DNA of 39,554 nt from a virus: IMG/VR virus record IMGVR_UViG_3300028625_000003, positions 1 to 39,554 of that record; one strand, 5' to 3'. The position numbers and the translations under genes were made by a program. The notes beneath the pieces were generated by a model. That model was not told where the DNA came from and ran no database searches. It saw only the letters and a list, made by a program, of their open reading frames with translations. This document shows, piece after piece, positions 22,398 through 31,416 of the stretch. Within the stretch, counting starts at the first letter, position 1. Each line of letters starts with the position of its first letter.

Positions 22398-24487
22398 GCG
22401 AAACCGAGAACATCGGCCTACAGATCACATCCGAATCGGACCTGTCGGCTATCGACCGCTTCATCGAGGCCCTGCGCGCCATTGAGACGGAAGGGGGCAA
22501 CCTGGCCGGCGCCCTCGAGCAGGCCAGGGAAGGGGCCGCGAACGCGGAAGAGGCGACGAAGAAGGCGGGGGAGACGGCCGAGAACGGGGCCAAGGGCTTC
22601 AAGATCCTCGGCCTGTCCCTGACCGACCTCAAAAGCGGTCTTGGCCTCGTCACGGGGGGACTCAAAACGATCGCCGGCGTCGTCAAGTCGGCCATCGGCG
22701 AGATCACCTCCGTCACGACAAAGATCGACGACATCGGCGACATCGCCGCCCTGACCGGGGACAAGGTCGAGAACGTCTCCCGCCTGGCCGGCGCGTTCGG
22801 CGAGCTGGGCATCCCCCTCGGCACGCTCGAGGGCACCCTGCGGCCCTTCAACGACGCCCTGGCCGACTCGGTTGCCCGGGCGCGAGAAGGGGCGGACACC
22901 CTGCCGCCGTTCGGCCAGCGCATGCGGGACATGGGCATCGCCATGACCGACGCCGCGGGGAACGCCCGTTCCCTGGCGGAGATGTTCCCCGAGATCGTGC
23001 GCGGCCTGAACGAGCACTATCTCGGGGCGGAGCGGGCCGCCGCGGCGACGGACATCTTTGGGCGCGGGGCCAATGACCTCGTCGACATCCTCTCCAAGAC
23101 CCCGGAAGAGCTCGACGCTCTGATCGAGCGGTCCGACCTGCTCGGGACGACCCTCACCGACAAAACCGTCGCGGCCGCGGAGACGTTCAACAACACCCTG
23201 TCGGAGCTCAAGCAAGTTGGGGAAGCCTGGAAACAGCACATTATCATGGCTGTCCTCCCGGCCGTCCAGGAGTTAACGGATGGCCTCCTGGCACTGCACC
23301 GCGCCGGCATGGAAAACACCGCTATGCAGCAGGAGGCCGAGTCATTCCTCAAGCGGTACGCCGAGGCCCACGGCCTGGTCATCGACGCGACCAAGCGAGC
23401 GGCGCCGCCCCTGATCGACCTGACCGGCCTGACGGACACCCTGTTCGCCTCGGACCGCAAGCTCGAGGGCCAGATGGCCGAGACCCGCAACCGCCTGGAG
23501 GAAGCGATCCGCTGGACGGAAAAATACGGGGACGCGGAGCAGAAGCTCGCCGACATCCTGACGGTCTATTATGCGTCGAGCGGCATGGCCGCCGAGAACT
23601 ACCTGCTCGGCGCACTGGGCGGCCTGGACACCGAGATGCGGGCGCGGGAACGGCAAGAGCGGGCCATCACCGCGCAGCAGGACCGCAGGCGCCAGGTCCT
23701 CGAGGACGGCAGCCTGCTCGAACAGCGCTCCGGGGACGTGATCGTCGCGGCCCTCGACGCCTCGGCGCAGGCTGCCGAGGACGCGACGCCCTCGTTTGGG
23801 GAATGGGCGCAGGCCGTGTCCGACGCCACCTACGAAGCCGGGGTGCTCGCGGATCAGCTCTACGACCTGCACATGGGCTCCATTGAGGGCCGGCTGGCCA
23901 TCGAGGAATACGGGCGCAAGTTTGACGAGGCCTTTGCCAGGGGCCTCACCGTCGACAATATCGGCAGCCTGGTGCAAGGGCTGGCCAACGCCACGACCAA
24001 GGCGCAGGAGCTGGGCGACAATCTGCCGCAATCCCAGCTCGACGATCTCAAGGGCCGCGCGGAAGACCTGCGCGGGGCCCTGGCCGGGCTGGACTTGACC
24101 CCGGAGGAGCGCGCCGCCCTGACCGAATGGCTGAACATTATCAATGGGCAGCTGGGCGACATCAAGACTAGCGCCGACAACGCGGCCGGGGCCATGAGCG
24201 GCGTAGGGCGCGGCACCACTCCTGGAGGGGGCGGCACCGCCGTGCCCATTGCCAATGCCGCCGGCGGCGAGATCCAGCGTACCGGCTGGTCCCTGGTTCA
24301 CCGCGGCGAGATCATCTACAATCCCGCCGAGCCGGGCGGGGGCAGCGGCTACCAGGAAGCCGTGCGGAAAGGAAAGGGGATTCCGACCCCCGCCGCCGCG
24401 GCAGCCGCGCCGATCATCGTCCAGGTCGTTCTCGATCGTAAAGTCGTCGCCGAGGCCGTCGCCAAGAGCGTGGCGGCGGCGCGGTGA
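22394..24487 (+). CDS. tape measure protein
   Basis: Inside ORF 22370..24487. 697 aa, helical and Ala/Glu/Leu-rich; follows G/GT. Confidence 0.85.
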   Translation: MSETENIGLQITSESDLSAIDRFIEALRAIETEGGNLAGALEQAREGAANAEEATKKAGETAENGAKGFKILGLSLTDLKSGLGLVTGGLKTIAGVVKSAIGEITSVTTKIDDIGDIAALTGDKVENVSRLAGAFGELGIPLGTLEGTLRPFNDALADSVARAREGADTLPPFGQRMRDMGIAMTDAAGNARSLAEMFPEIVRGLNEHYLGAERAAAATDIFGRGANDLVDILSKTPEELDALIERSDLLGTTLTDKTVAAAETFNNTLSELKQVGEAWKQHIIMAVLPAVQELTDGLLALHRAGMENTAMQQEAESFLKRYAEAHGLVIDATKRAAPPLIDLTGLTDTLFASDRKLEGQMAETRNRLEEAIRWTEKYGDAEQKLADILTVYYASSGMAAENYLLGALGGLDTEMRARERQERAITAQQDRRRQVLEDGSLLEQRSGDVIVAALDASAQAAEDATPSFGEWAQAVSDATYEAGVLADQLYDLHMGSIEGRLAIEEYGRKFDEAFARGLTVDNIGSLVQGLANATTKAQELGDNLPQSQLDDLKGRAEDLRGALAGLDLTPEERAALTEWLNIINGQLGDIKTSADNAAGAMSGVGRGTTPGGGGTAVPIANAAGGEIQRTGWSLVHRGEIIYNPAEPGGGSGYQEAVRKGKGIPTPAAAAAAPIIVQVVLDRKVVAEAVAKSVAAAR

Positions 24488-24499
24488 CGGGGGGAATCC

Positions 24500-25903
24500 A
24501 TGGCCACCCACTTGCTCCGGTTGTACACGTCGGCGGGGACGGCGCTCAACACCTTCCCCATCTGGACGGAGGAGTTCAATCCCATTCCCTGCCGTGTCGA
24601 TCCCGCCACGATCGAGGGGATGGTTCGCAACGGCCAAGATCCCGACCTCCTGCTCCCGCCCATCGAACAGCCCTGGTCGGGAATGCTGCTTGACAACAGC
24701 CCGACCAAGACGGTGCGCCAGGCCCTGAACGAGATCGAGGCCGTTCTCGTGCAGGCGGCCATCCGCAAGACGCGGCGGGCCGGCGTGCGGGCCTTCCTGG
24801 AGGTCGACGTCGACGGCGCGGGCGACTACTGGCGCAGCGAGATTTTCGGGGGGGACGTGGCCCTGCAATCGGGGGAGCTCGGCATTCCCTGGCTGGCCGG
24901 CAAGGTGAGGATCTCCGGCACACTGCTCCGCTCGTTCTGCTGGGAAGGGGCCAAGACGGCCATCGATCTGAACAACGGCCACGGCGGGGGCACGACCGGC
25001 ATCCAGATCGACAATGCCCACGACGTCGGCGGCCGTGACAACTACGGGGCGTTCGCCGGCATCGACGGCGTGGTCCCGGCGCCCATCCACGTCAGCCTGG
25101 AGAACACCCTGAACGACCCGGCCAACACCTACCGGATCTACGCGGGGCAGATGGTCTTGTTCAGCGGCGCGACCTTTCCCTCGGGCGTCAGAGAGGGGGA
25201 GCTGGGGGACGGCGGCGTCGACCACGTCTGCGCGTCCTGCTCGAACGACGGTTACAGCACGTTCGCCGTCCCGGCCGCGGACGGCCGCATCACCTACTGG
25301 TCGCTGACCGGGGGGACGGGCTGGCTGCGCACCGACCAGGTGCGGCACTGGCTGATTATGGCCCGCGTCCACTCCGCCGTGCCGACCGGCATGGTGGCCT
25401 CGTGCAAGATCGCCTTTCCCACGGGGGCGACGACGACGCCTATCGTCTGGACGAACCCTGTCGTCCTGACGGCCGGGGCCCATTCCCGCCAGGTCCTGGG
25501 CATCCTGCGCATCGCCCCGTGGCTGGCCGGCGACACCTCGACCCTGGCCTCGATGCAGCTGGAGCTGTGGGGCTACGTCGCGGGCGGCGGCAGCCTCGAC
25601 CTCGATTGCCTCGATTGCGTTCCCCTGGATCACTGGCGCATCTACAACCCGATCACGCGCGGCCTGGCCTTCGGGGACACCTTCAACGACGACGCCACGG
25701 AAGGGCTGATCTACGTCGACCACGACGCCGGGGGGATCACCGGGCACTCGGGGCTGTACATCCCGCAGGGGCCGGGGCTGTACGCCTGGCCCGGCAAGAC
25801 ACAATCCATGATCTTTTACGAAACGAACGACGCGGGGGCTGCCGAGGTCGACCGCACCCACACCCTGACGGCGTGGTATCGCCCGCGGAGGCTGACGCTG
25901 TGA
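24500..25903 (+). CDS. distal tail protein-like (minor tail protein)
   Basis: ORF track 24500..25903; first gene after the tape measure. Confidence 0.5.
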   Translation: MATHLLRLYTSAGTALNTFPIWTEEFNPIPCRVDPATIEGMVRNGQDPDLLLPPIEQPWSGMLLDNSPTKTVRQALNEIEAVLVQAAIRKTRRAGVRAFLEVDVDGAGDYWRSEIFGGDVALQSGELGIPWLAGKVRISGTLLRSFCWEGAKTAIDLNNGHGGGTTGIQIDNAHDVGGRDNYGAFAGIDGVVPAPIHVSLENTLNDPANTYRIYAGQMVLFSGATFPSGVREGELGDGGVDHVCASCSNDGYSTFAVPAADGRITYWSLTGGTGWLRTDQVRHWLIMARVHSAVPTGMVASCKIAFPTGATTTPIVWTNPVVLTAGAHSRQVLGILRIAPWLAGDTSTLASMQLELWGYVAGGGSLDLDCLDCVPLDHWRIYNPITRGLAFGDTFNDDATEGLIYVDHDAGGITGHSGLYIPQGPGLYAWPGKTQSMIFYETNDAGAAEVDRTHTLTAWYRPRRLTL

Positions 25904-27513
25904 GCGACAAAGACACCCGCCTGGCCGCGACGGTCTTCGACCGCAGCTTCGCCGCCGCTCCCGGGTTTCCTCCTGTCGAGCTGGTGGTGCAGGGCTTCAG
26001 CGTGGACTTGTTCGGAGCGGTCGAAGCCCAGATCGACGCGCAGGGCGATCTGCTGTCCTTGTGGGAGCTGTTCCGCTGGCTGCGCGCCCACGTCGAGCTG
26101 GACGCGGACCGCCCGGAAGCGGCCTTCGTCGGCTTCATCAACTCGGTGACGGTGCACACGGGGAGGGCCGCCTACACGGCGACCCTCTCGCGGGTCTTCA
26201 ACAAGGTCTACGTCGTCTACAGCGAGATCGCGGGGGGGACGCAGACGACGCCGCAGAAGACGACGGCGGCGTCGGATACGGAGAGCCAGGCGATCTACGG
26301 GATCAAGGAAGGGATCGCCACGCTCAACGATTCGACCGCGGAAGCCGCGGAGGCCTACCGGGACAGCCTGATCACCGGGGACGCCGCCCAAAGCTGGCCG
26401 CGCCTGGACCCGGAACAGGGCAGCATGGACAGCACGCCGGCGGCTGAGATCACCCTGCGGGGCTACTGGGACACCCTCGCTCTCTGGCGGTATTTCGGCC
26501 GGCCGCCGGCCCAGGAAGCCTACGACGTCGAGCCGCCCACGGTGGCCGACAAGCAGCGCTTCGGAGACGACACGGACAGGGCCGGCGTCGCGCAATCGTT
26601 CACCCTGACGGCCGGCGAGGACTTTAACCTGGCCAGCGTGTCGTTCTACATCCAGAAGGTTTCCCCTTCCGGGGGGGCGTGGCCGGTTGGCAATGACGTC
26701 GTCGTCGAGGTCTGCCCGGACGACGGGGCCGGAGATCCGGACTTCATGTCCCCAATCGAGTCCATTACGCTCCTGGCGAGCGACATCACCCCACAGCTCG
26801 TCAAGGTGACGGTGATCTTTTCGAACACGAACCCTCTTTCGGCGACGGCGCCCCTCGACTACTGGCTCGTTCTGGGGCACACCGGCGCGGACGACCCCGA
26901 TCACTACTACTTCGTCGGGACGCCCGAAGCGGCCGGCCATCCGGGGAAATTCCGCATCTACGACAGCGTCGCGGGAACGTGGTCGGCCCGCGTTCCGGAC
27001 GCCGACCTGTCCTTCGTGATCGGGGGGACCATCGAGACGACGACCCTGATCGCCGGCGTGGTTTCCGGCGTCGGGCAGTTCTTTGCCGGGACGTCCATCC
27101 TGACGGCTGGCGGGATCTATCAGAGCGCGTACCGCAACGGGGACGACCTGGCGGGGGACGTGATCGTCGATCTCCTGAACGTCAGGACGGCGGCCGGGGA
27201 GCGGCTGACGGCCCGTGTCGACAAGGACCGCTACCTCGTCGTCGACACGACCCCGGCCTTCGACAAGGACGAGCTGGCCTTCTTCGTGGGAGCGGGCGGC
27301 CTCTTGTACGACAAGGCCGGCGAGCTCGTCCCCGCGCACGTCTGTCCCGTGGGCCAGTGGATCGGCTTTCTCGACTTGCCGGACGGATTCGAGGACAGCA
27401 GCCTCGTCAAGTTCGGGCCGTTCCTGGCGGAGCGTGGCGAGTACCGTGTTGGGGAAGGCTGGCGCGTCTATCGCGCCGATCCCCTCGACGCCTTCTCGAC
27501 CGGCATGGGGTAA
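25900..27513 (+). CDS. tail tip / baseplate-like minor tail protein
   Basis: Inside ORF 25402..27513; GTG 25900 overlaps the preceding TGA (GTGA). Confidence 0.5.
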   Translation: MSDKDTRLAATVFDRSFAAAPGFPPVELVVQGFSVDLFGAVEAQIDAQGDLLSLWELFRWLRAHVELDADRPEAAFVGFINSVTVHTGRAAYTATLSRVFNKVYVVYSEIAGGTQTTPQKTTAASDTESQAIYGIKEGIATLNDSTAEAAEAYRDSLITGDAAQSWPRLDPEQGSMDSTPAAEITLRGYWDTLALWRYFGRPPAQEAYDVEPPTVADKQRFGDDTDRAGVAQSFTLTAGEDFNLASVSFYIQKVSPSGGAWPVGNDVVVEVCPDDGAGDPDFMSPIESITLLASDITPQLVKVTVIFSNTNPLSATAPLDYWLVLGHTGADDPDHYYFVGTPEAAGHPGKFRIYDSVAGTWSARVPDADLSFVIGGTIETTTLIAGVVSGVGQFFAGTSILTAGGIYQSAYRNGDDLAGDVIVDLLNVRTAAGERLTARVDKDRYLVVDTTPAFDKDELAFFVGAGGLLYDKAGELVPAHVCPVGQWIGFLDLPDGFEDSSLVKFGPFLAERGEYRVGEGWRVYRADPLDAFSTGMG

Positions 27514-27516
27514 ACC

Positions 27517-29079
27517 ATGAAAAACACGAAACAGACGCGCACCCAATGGCCCTTGATTCAGCGCCGGATCGGCGCGACCGCGGCCGCCTCGCCCGTATCG
27601 TCGGAGCACGATCCCGTGTCTCTCTCGACGGAGCTTGCCGACGTCTTGTCGGTTGGGGCCACCCAGGAACTCGACCTGGACACGCAAGTCAAGAACAAGG
27701 TCTTGGCCGGGCCATCCGCCGGCGCGGACGCGAAGCCCGCGTTCCGGCTCCTGGTCGCCGACGACATACCATCCCCGGGCCTGCATGCCGCCGTGACCCT
27801 GGCCGCCAGCGCGACGCCGATTCTCGGCCTGACCGGGCAAGATGTCTCCTTCGACGACCAGGATGCCGCGACTGTCCTGGCAGGCCCGGCGCCAGGCTAC
27901 CCATCCGCTGCCCCTGCCTTTCGGTCGCTCGTTTATCAGGACTTCTGGACGCTGCTGCCCGGCTGTAAACCGGCGATGACTCCGTATACGGCCACGATAG
28001 AAAACCCGTGCCTCATTGTCGATGCCTCGGCGGGCAACGTTGTCATCCAGCTCGACGCTGGCATGCCGAACGGGGCCATCGTCGCCATTGTGAAGTCGGA
28101 CGGGAGCACTTACACGGTCACCTTCACCGGGACTGGCGGGGACACCGTTTTGGGGAACGTTACGCTGGACAAACAGTATACGGCCGTGATGTTCCAGCAT
28201 TATAGCAGTGGCTGGCATCCTCTCGGTACTTTCAAGCTCGTCGCCGACCACGACCTGATCGCCAAGCACACCTACACTGGCGGCTCTGCGCTGGACGTGG
28301 TTGGCCTCTCCGCGGCCAGCACGCCGGCGCTGCTGACGCCCTCGGCGAACCCCGGCGCGGCCAGCGCCATCCTCAAGAGTGACGCCGCGGGCAAGGTGCA
28401 GCTCGTGGCGATGGGGATCAACAATGCCGTCCCCGCCGCGGCCGGCGACGTCCACGCCGGGGCCGACATCCGGGCGGCCGGGGGATGCTACCTCGGGGGC
28501 GTCGGCGCCGATCCACCGGCCGGCGCTCTCCAGACGACGGATTACGTTGCTGCCGGCGGCGGCGTCCACGTGGGCGAGACGACCGACCCGGGGGACGACG
28601 TGCTGGCCATTTCCTCCTATTCTCTGCGTCGTGTTGTCGTCAAGACGGGCCTATCTGACAATGTTGCCACCGCCGTCTTCACCATCACCACCACCAATGA
28701 GGCCGGCGACACGGACGGGGGCGGTTTTTACTGTCACGTGCGGGCCCTGGTAGGGCATGGAATAGCCAATAACGCGGCGAATGACGCGGCAATGGCCTAT
28801 CAGGGGGCCTTTGTGCGAGCAGCGCTGAATACGGGGGCGGGAGGAAACTCGACGGTGGTGGACCTGGTCAACTCCACCACCCTGCGCGCCGCGACAAATG
28901 CCCTGGCTCGCCAGATCGACAGGATAACGATGACTGTCACGGAAACCAGCGAGTACGTGCAGACAGTGAACTTCACAGTTGACTTGTCAGGAGCGTCCGT
29001 GGGAACTGCCGAGGTGATTGCCGAGGTCGAGCTGATCTGGTATGGGTATCTAACCGCTCCCATCATCGCGGCGGCCTAG
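27517..29079 (+). CDS. tail fibre protein
   Basis: ORF track 27517..29079. An N-terminal tail-fibre anchor motif occurs twice: VLAGPSAGADAKPAFRLLVADDIP and VLAGPAPGYPSAAPAFRSLVYQDF. Confidence 0.7.
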   Translation: MKNTKQTRTQWPLIQRRIGATAAASPVSSEHDPVSLSTELADVLSVGATQELDLDTQVKNKVLAGPSAGADAKPAFRLLVADDIPSPGLHAAVTLAASATPILGLTGQDVSFDDQDAATVLAGPAPGYPSAAPAFRSLVYQDFWTLLPGCKPAMTPYTATIENPCLIVDASAGNVVIQLDAGMPNGAIVAIVKSDGSTYTVTFTGTGGDTVLGNVTLDKQYTAVMFQHYSSGWHPLGTFKLVADHDLIAKHTYTGGSALDVVGLSAASTPALLTPSANPGAASAILKSDAAGKVQLVAMGINNAVPAAAGDVHAGADIRAAGGCYLGGVGADPPAGALQTTDYVAAGGGVHVGETTDPGDDVLAISSYSLRRVVVKTGLSDNVATAVFTITTTNEAGDTDGGGFYCHVRALVGHGIANNAANDAAMAYQGAFVRAALNTGAGGNSTVVDLVNSTTLRAATNALARQIDRITMTVTETSEYVQTVNFTVDLSGASVGTAEVIAEVELIWYGYLTAPIIAAA

Positions 29080-29283
29080 ATCTAGAGGAGATGATCGGGC
29101 ATTGGAGACAGGCCGCCGGGCTGGGCGATCGGTGAGCGCTACGAGTAGGACCAACCACCGGGGCATTTTCATGCGCGTGTCCGACCTCCTCAGGCTGCCG
29201 CCGGCGCTGTTGGCTGGAGACCGGCGGCCAAGGCAACCTGTATAGTGCCCGGCAAGATGCGTGTGTCCATCGACTACTCCGGC

Positions 29284-29315
29284 GTTGTTTCGTCTGGTTT
29301 CCCAGCCGTAACAAC
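29284..29315 (-). promoter_or_regulatory. conserved GAAA-tetraloop hairpin element, copy B
   Basis: Minus strand reads GTTGTTACGGCTGG-GAAA-CCAGACGAAACAAC. Starts 5 nt after the TAA of gene 29321..30124. Confidence 0.65.
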
Positions 29316-29320
29316 ACGCT

Positions 29321-30124
29321 TTATGTGCCTGCCCCCTTTGCCTGGGCTGCCTGGGCTGCCCGGCTGGGCTGGGTGGGTGGGCCGTGTTCGAGTAAAATCG
29401 CCGGTATGTTGACATATTGCCAGTAGCTTTGAATGGACCGCAGCGCCTCCTCGAGGTCCGCGGCAAAGCGCCCGCAGCCCCCGGGGCCCCGGTCTACGAC
29501 CAGGCGCAGCGGGGCCGTGGTCAGGACCTGGAGCACCGCGTCGTACCACTGCCGCTCCCGGCTCGTCGGGCCCGCCTGGTCGTCCACCCAGTTCGAGCGC
29601 GCCAGGCCCACGGCTTTCTGGCGGGGATCGCAGCCCTGCTGCTCGGTGTAGGCCCAGGCCACCTTGACGAAGTCGGCGACGGCCGTTTGCGCGCGCACAC
29701 GCGGCCCATTCAGCCCGTGGATGGGGATATCGCCCCGCGCGGGGGCGGGCCCGGCCGGCTGGTAGCGGTTTGTGCGCGGGCGGCCCGGCTCGCCGATGTA
29801 GCCGTCGTGATTGAGGTCGATGCCCAGCTCGTCCTCCAGCGCCCAACGCCGTAGCCGCTCCTCCGTCGCCTGTTGTTCCTGCAGCCGCGCCTGTGCCTCG
29901 GCCTGGCGCACCTCCGCGCTACTGTGGGCCGCGTCGTGGACGGCCGTCAGCGCCGCGGTGACGGCGCCACAGAACCCGACGAGGCCGGCCAGGACGCCGG
30001 GGATCCCCAGCATCGCCGCGGCGACGGCGCGCAGATCCCCGCCGCCGGCGCGCAGGACCAGCACGGTGGCGGCACAAAGCAGGCCACTCAAACCCAACAG
30101 CAACAGGTGCGTCCAGATCTTCAT
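29321..30124 (-). CDS. membrane protein (2 N-terminal TM, coiled coil, DxNxDG-containing C-terminal domain), function unknown
   Basis: ORF track 29321..30124; ATGA overlap with the upstream small membrane gene. Confidence 0.65.
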   Translation of the reverse strand: MKIWTHLLLLGLSGLLCAATVLVLRAGGGDLRAVAAAMLGIPGVLAGLVGFCGAVTAALTAVHDAAHSSAEVRQAEAQARLQEQQATEERLRRWALEDELGIDLNHDGYIGEPGRPRTNRYQPAGPAPARGDIPIHGLNGPRVRAQTAVADFVKVAWAYTEQQGCDPRQKAVGLARSNWVDDQAGPTSRERQWYDAVLQVLTTAPLRLVVDRGPGGCGRFAADLEEALRSIQSYWQYVNIPAILLEHGPPTQPSRAAQAAQAKGAGT

Positions 30125-30306
30125 CGTGCCACCACCAGCCAGAGAATGACCACCAGCGCGATCAGCACCGCCGCGGCCAGGAGGAGGATGGCGTCGACGC
30201 GCCCCTGGCCGCGCGTGCGGCGGTGCCGGCCGAGCACGCCGAGGACCAGGGCCAGGAGGAGCGCCAGGAGCGAGCCGGAGAGCCAGTCCAGGAAGGTCAT
30301 AGCCAT
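30121..30306 (-). CDS. small 2-TM membrane protein (holin-like size and topology)
   Basis: ORF track 30121..30306. Confidence 0.55.
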   Translation of the reverse strand: MAMTFLDWLSGSLLALLLALVLGVLGRHRRTRGQGRVDAILLLAAAVLIALVVILWLVVAR

Positions 30307-30366
30307 TTCTCCAAAACCTTCACACCGCGTTCTACTTTTAGCCGCAAGCGTTCTGAAAACTGCCCC

Positions 30367-30403
30367 TTGACAATCTATCTAGATTCTGGTATAATCTAGA
30401 TAG
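30367..30403 (+). promoter_or_regulatory. perfect consensus sigma70 promoter with an overlapping 10-bp inverted-repeat operator
   Basis: TTGACA 30367-30372, 17-nt spacer, TGg, TATAAT 30390-30395. CTATCTAGAT (30375-30384) and ATCTAGATAG (30394-30403) are exact reverse complements. Confidence 0.8.
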
Positions 30404-30438
30404 TAAAGATGATTGAGCGCAAGCAAGGAGGAGAACCG

Positions 30439-30720
30439 ATGAATCAGAGCAAAGAACAGGCCCAGCAAGAGGCGCGGCAGATGCGGGATAGCAAGGGCGG
30501 TGGCCCGGTTCAAATCCGCTGGATCGATGAGGATGGTGTGGGGCTGGTCTTTTTCGATGCGGCCCCCTGGGAGCTGCGGGTCGAGTGGGCCGTAGCCCCC
30601 CGCGAGCACCACCAATTAAGCCGGGCCGAACAGGCCGCCCTGTTGCGTGCCCAGCCCGATGATATGGCCCGCCACTGGAGCATTCAGGAAGAAGAGCTGT
30701 ACCGCGAATTCTATGGATAA
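30439..30720 (+). CDS. small acidic hypothetical protein (93 aa)
   Basis: Inside ORF 30409..30720; ATG 30439 lies 6 nt after AAGGAGGAG. Confidence 0.65.
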   Translation: MNQSKEQAQQEARQMRDSKGGGPVQIRWIDEDGVGLVFFDAAPWELRVEWAVAPREHHQLSRAEQAALLRAQPDDMARHWSIQEEELYREFYG

Positions 30721-30736
30721 GAAAAGGAGGAACCCA

Positions 30737-31363
30737 ATGAGCAGCACAATCGGCCTGTACTTGGACATCTCGCAGGAAGCCGCGAACCAACTCCGGGACC
30801 GCCTCAACAGGCTGGCCTTTCGCCTGGGATACAGCGCCCGGCGTGGCCCCACTTACGGCGAGGGCAATCTCGCCGCCCTGCTCCAGGGCGTCGACGCTGG
30901 CGATTGCGAGATCGTCCGGCGCCGCTACTGGGCCCGCGACGACAACGACCTCTTTGATGGCCTGATCGGCTGGGCCAATATCTACCCGCCGTCCTCCGCG
31001 GTCGTGGCCGCGGCCCTGGCCGATGTGCCGGAGAAATACCGCGCCGCCATCGAGGGTGCATTTAGCGCCGGGGCTATGGACCTGCGGCCCGTGCCGCCGG
31101 GGGGCATGGCCTCCTGGGGCCGCGTGGACCGCTGGGCCATCGACCTGGCCGAGGACTGGAGCGCCGAATTCGGGCTGGCTATAGATGCCGATCTGTGGGC
31201 CGAGGACGAGTGCCACGACGCCGCATACAGCTTCGCCCTGGATGTCGCCACCGCCACCGACCAGGAACTGCAGGCCAGGCTGGCCGGCGACCCCACCGCG
31301 GGCCAGGGCACCGCCTGGGGCATCGACGAGGAGACGGACCGGGCATGGTACGCGGCCCGCTAG
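30737..31363 (+). CDS. acidic hypothetical protein (208 aa) with a possible N-terminal ribbon-helix-helix
   Basis: Inside ORF 30647..31363; ATG 30737 after AAAGGAGGAA. N-terminus TIGLYLDISQEAANQLRDRLNRLAFRLG...NLAALLQGV. Confidence 0.65.
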   Translation: MSSTIGLYLDISQEAANQLRDRLNRLAFRLGYSARRGPTYGEGNLAALLQGVDAGDCEIVRRRYWARDDNDLFDGLIGWANIYPPSSAVVAAALADVPEKYRAAIEGAFSAGAMDLRPVPPGGMASWGRVDRWAIDLAEDWSAEFGLAIDADLWAEDECHDAAYSFALDVATATDQELQARLAGDPTAGQGTAWGIDEETDRAWYAAR

Positions 31364-31375
31364 TCGCCGTCCCTC

Positions 31376-31411
31376 AAGCCCCTGCCCCCCGCGGGCGGGG
31401 GCTTTGCTTTG
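31376..31411 (+). terminator. intrinsic terminator closing the two-gene plus-strand cassette
   Basis: GCCCC(T)GCCC...GGGC(G)GGGGC forms a ~10-12-bp GC stem followed by TTTGCTTTG. Confidence 0.7.
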
Positions 31412-31416
31412 CCGCA

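Noticed and set aside
24688-24720. Internal TTGACA hexamers (24688, 8535, 29409, 28983-like) as additional promoters
   Set aside because: None has an acceptable -10 hexamer at 16-18 nt spacing, and all lie inside well-supported coding regions.
29076-29085. Perfect palindrome CTAGATCTAG at the tail fibre stop codon, and CTAGAT in the late-promoter spacer (8911-8916), as extra binding sites for the regulator of the 30367 promoter operator (ATCTAGATAG)
   Set aside because: They share only 6-7 nt with the operator arms. By a rough composition-based estimate, about one chance occurrence of such a 7-mer is expected in 39 kb on both strands, so the link is not supportable from sequence alone.
27517-29320. 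Diversity-generating retroelement targeting the tail fibre C-terminus
   Set aside because: There is no reverse transcriptase gene in the genome, and I could see no template-repeat copy of the fibre 3' end in the adjacent gap.
30409-30438. ATG at 30409 (ORF-track start) as the start of the first cassette gene
   Set aside because: It lies only ~6 nt from the predicted transcript start and has no SD. ATG 30439 follows AAGGAGGAG at ideal spacing. A leaderless start at 30409 cannot be fully excluded.
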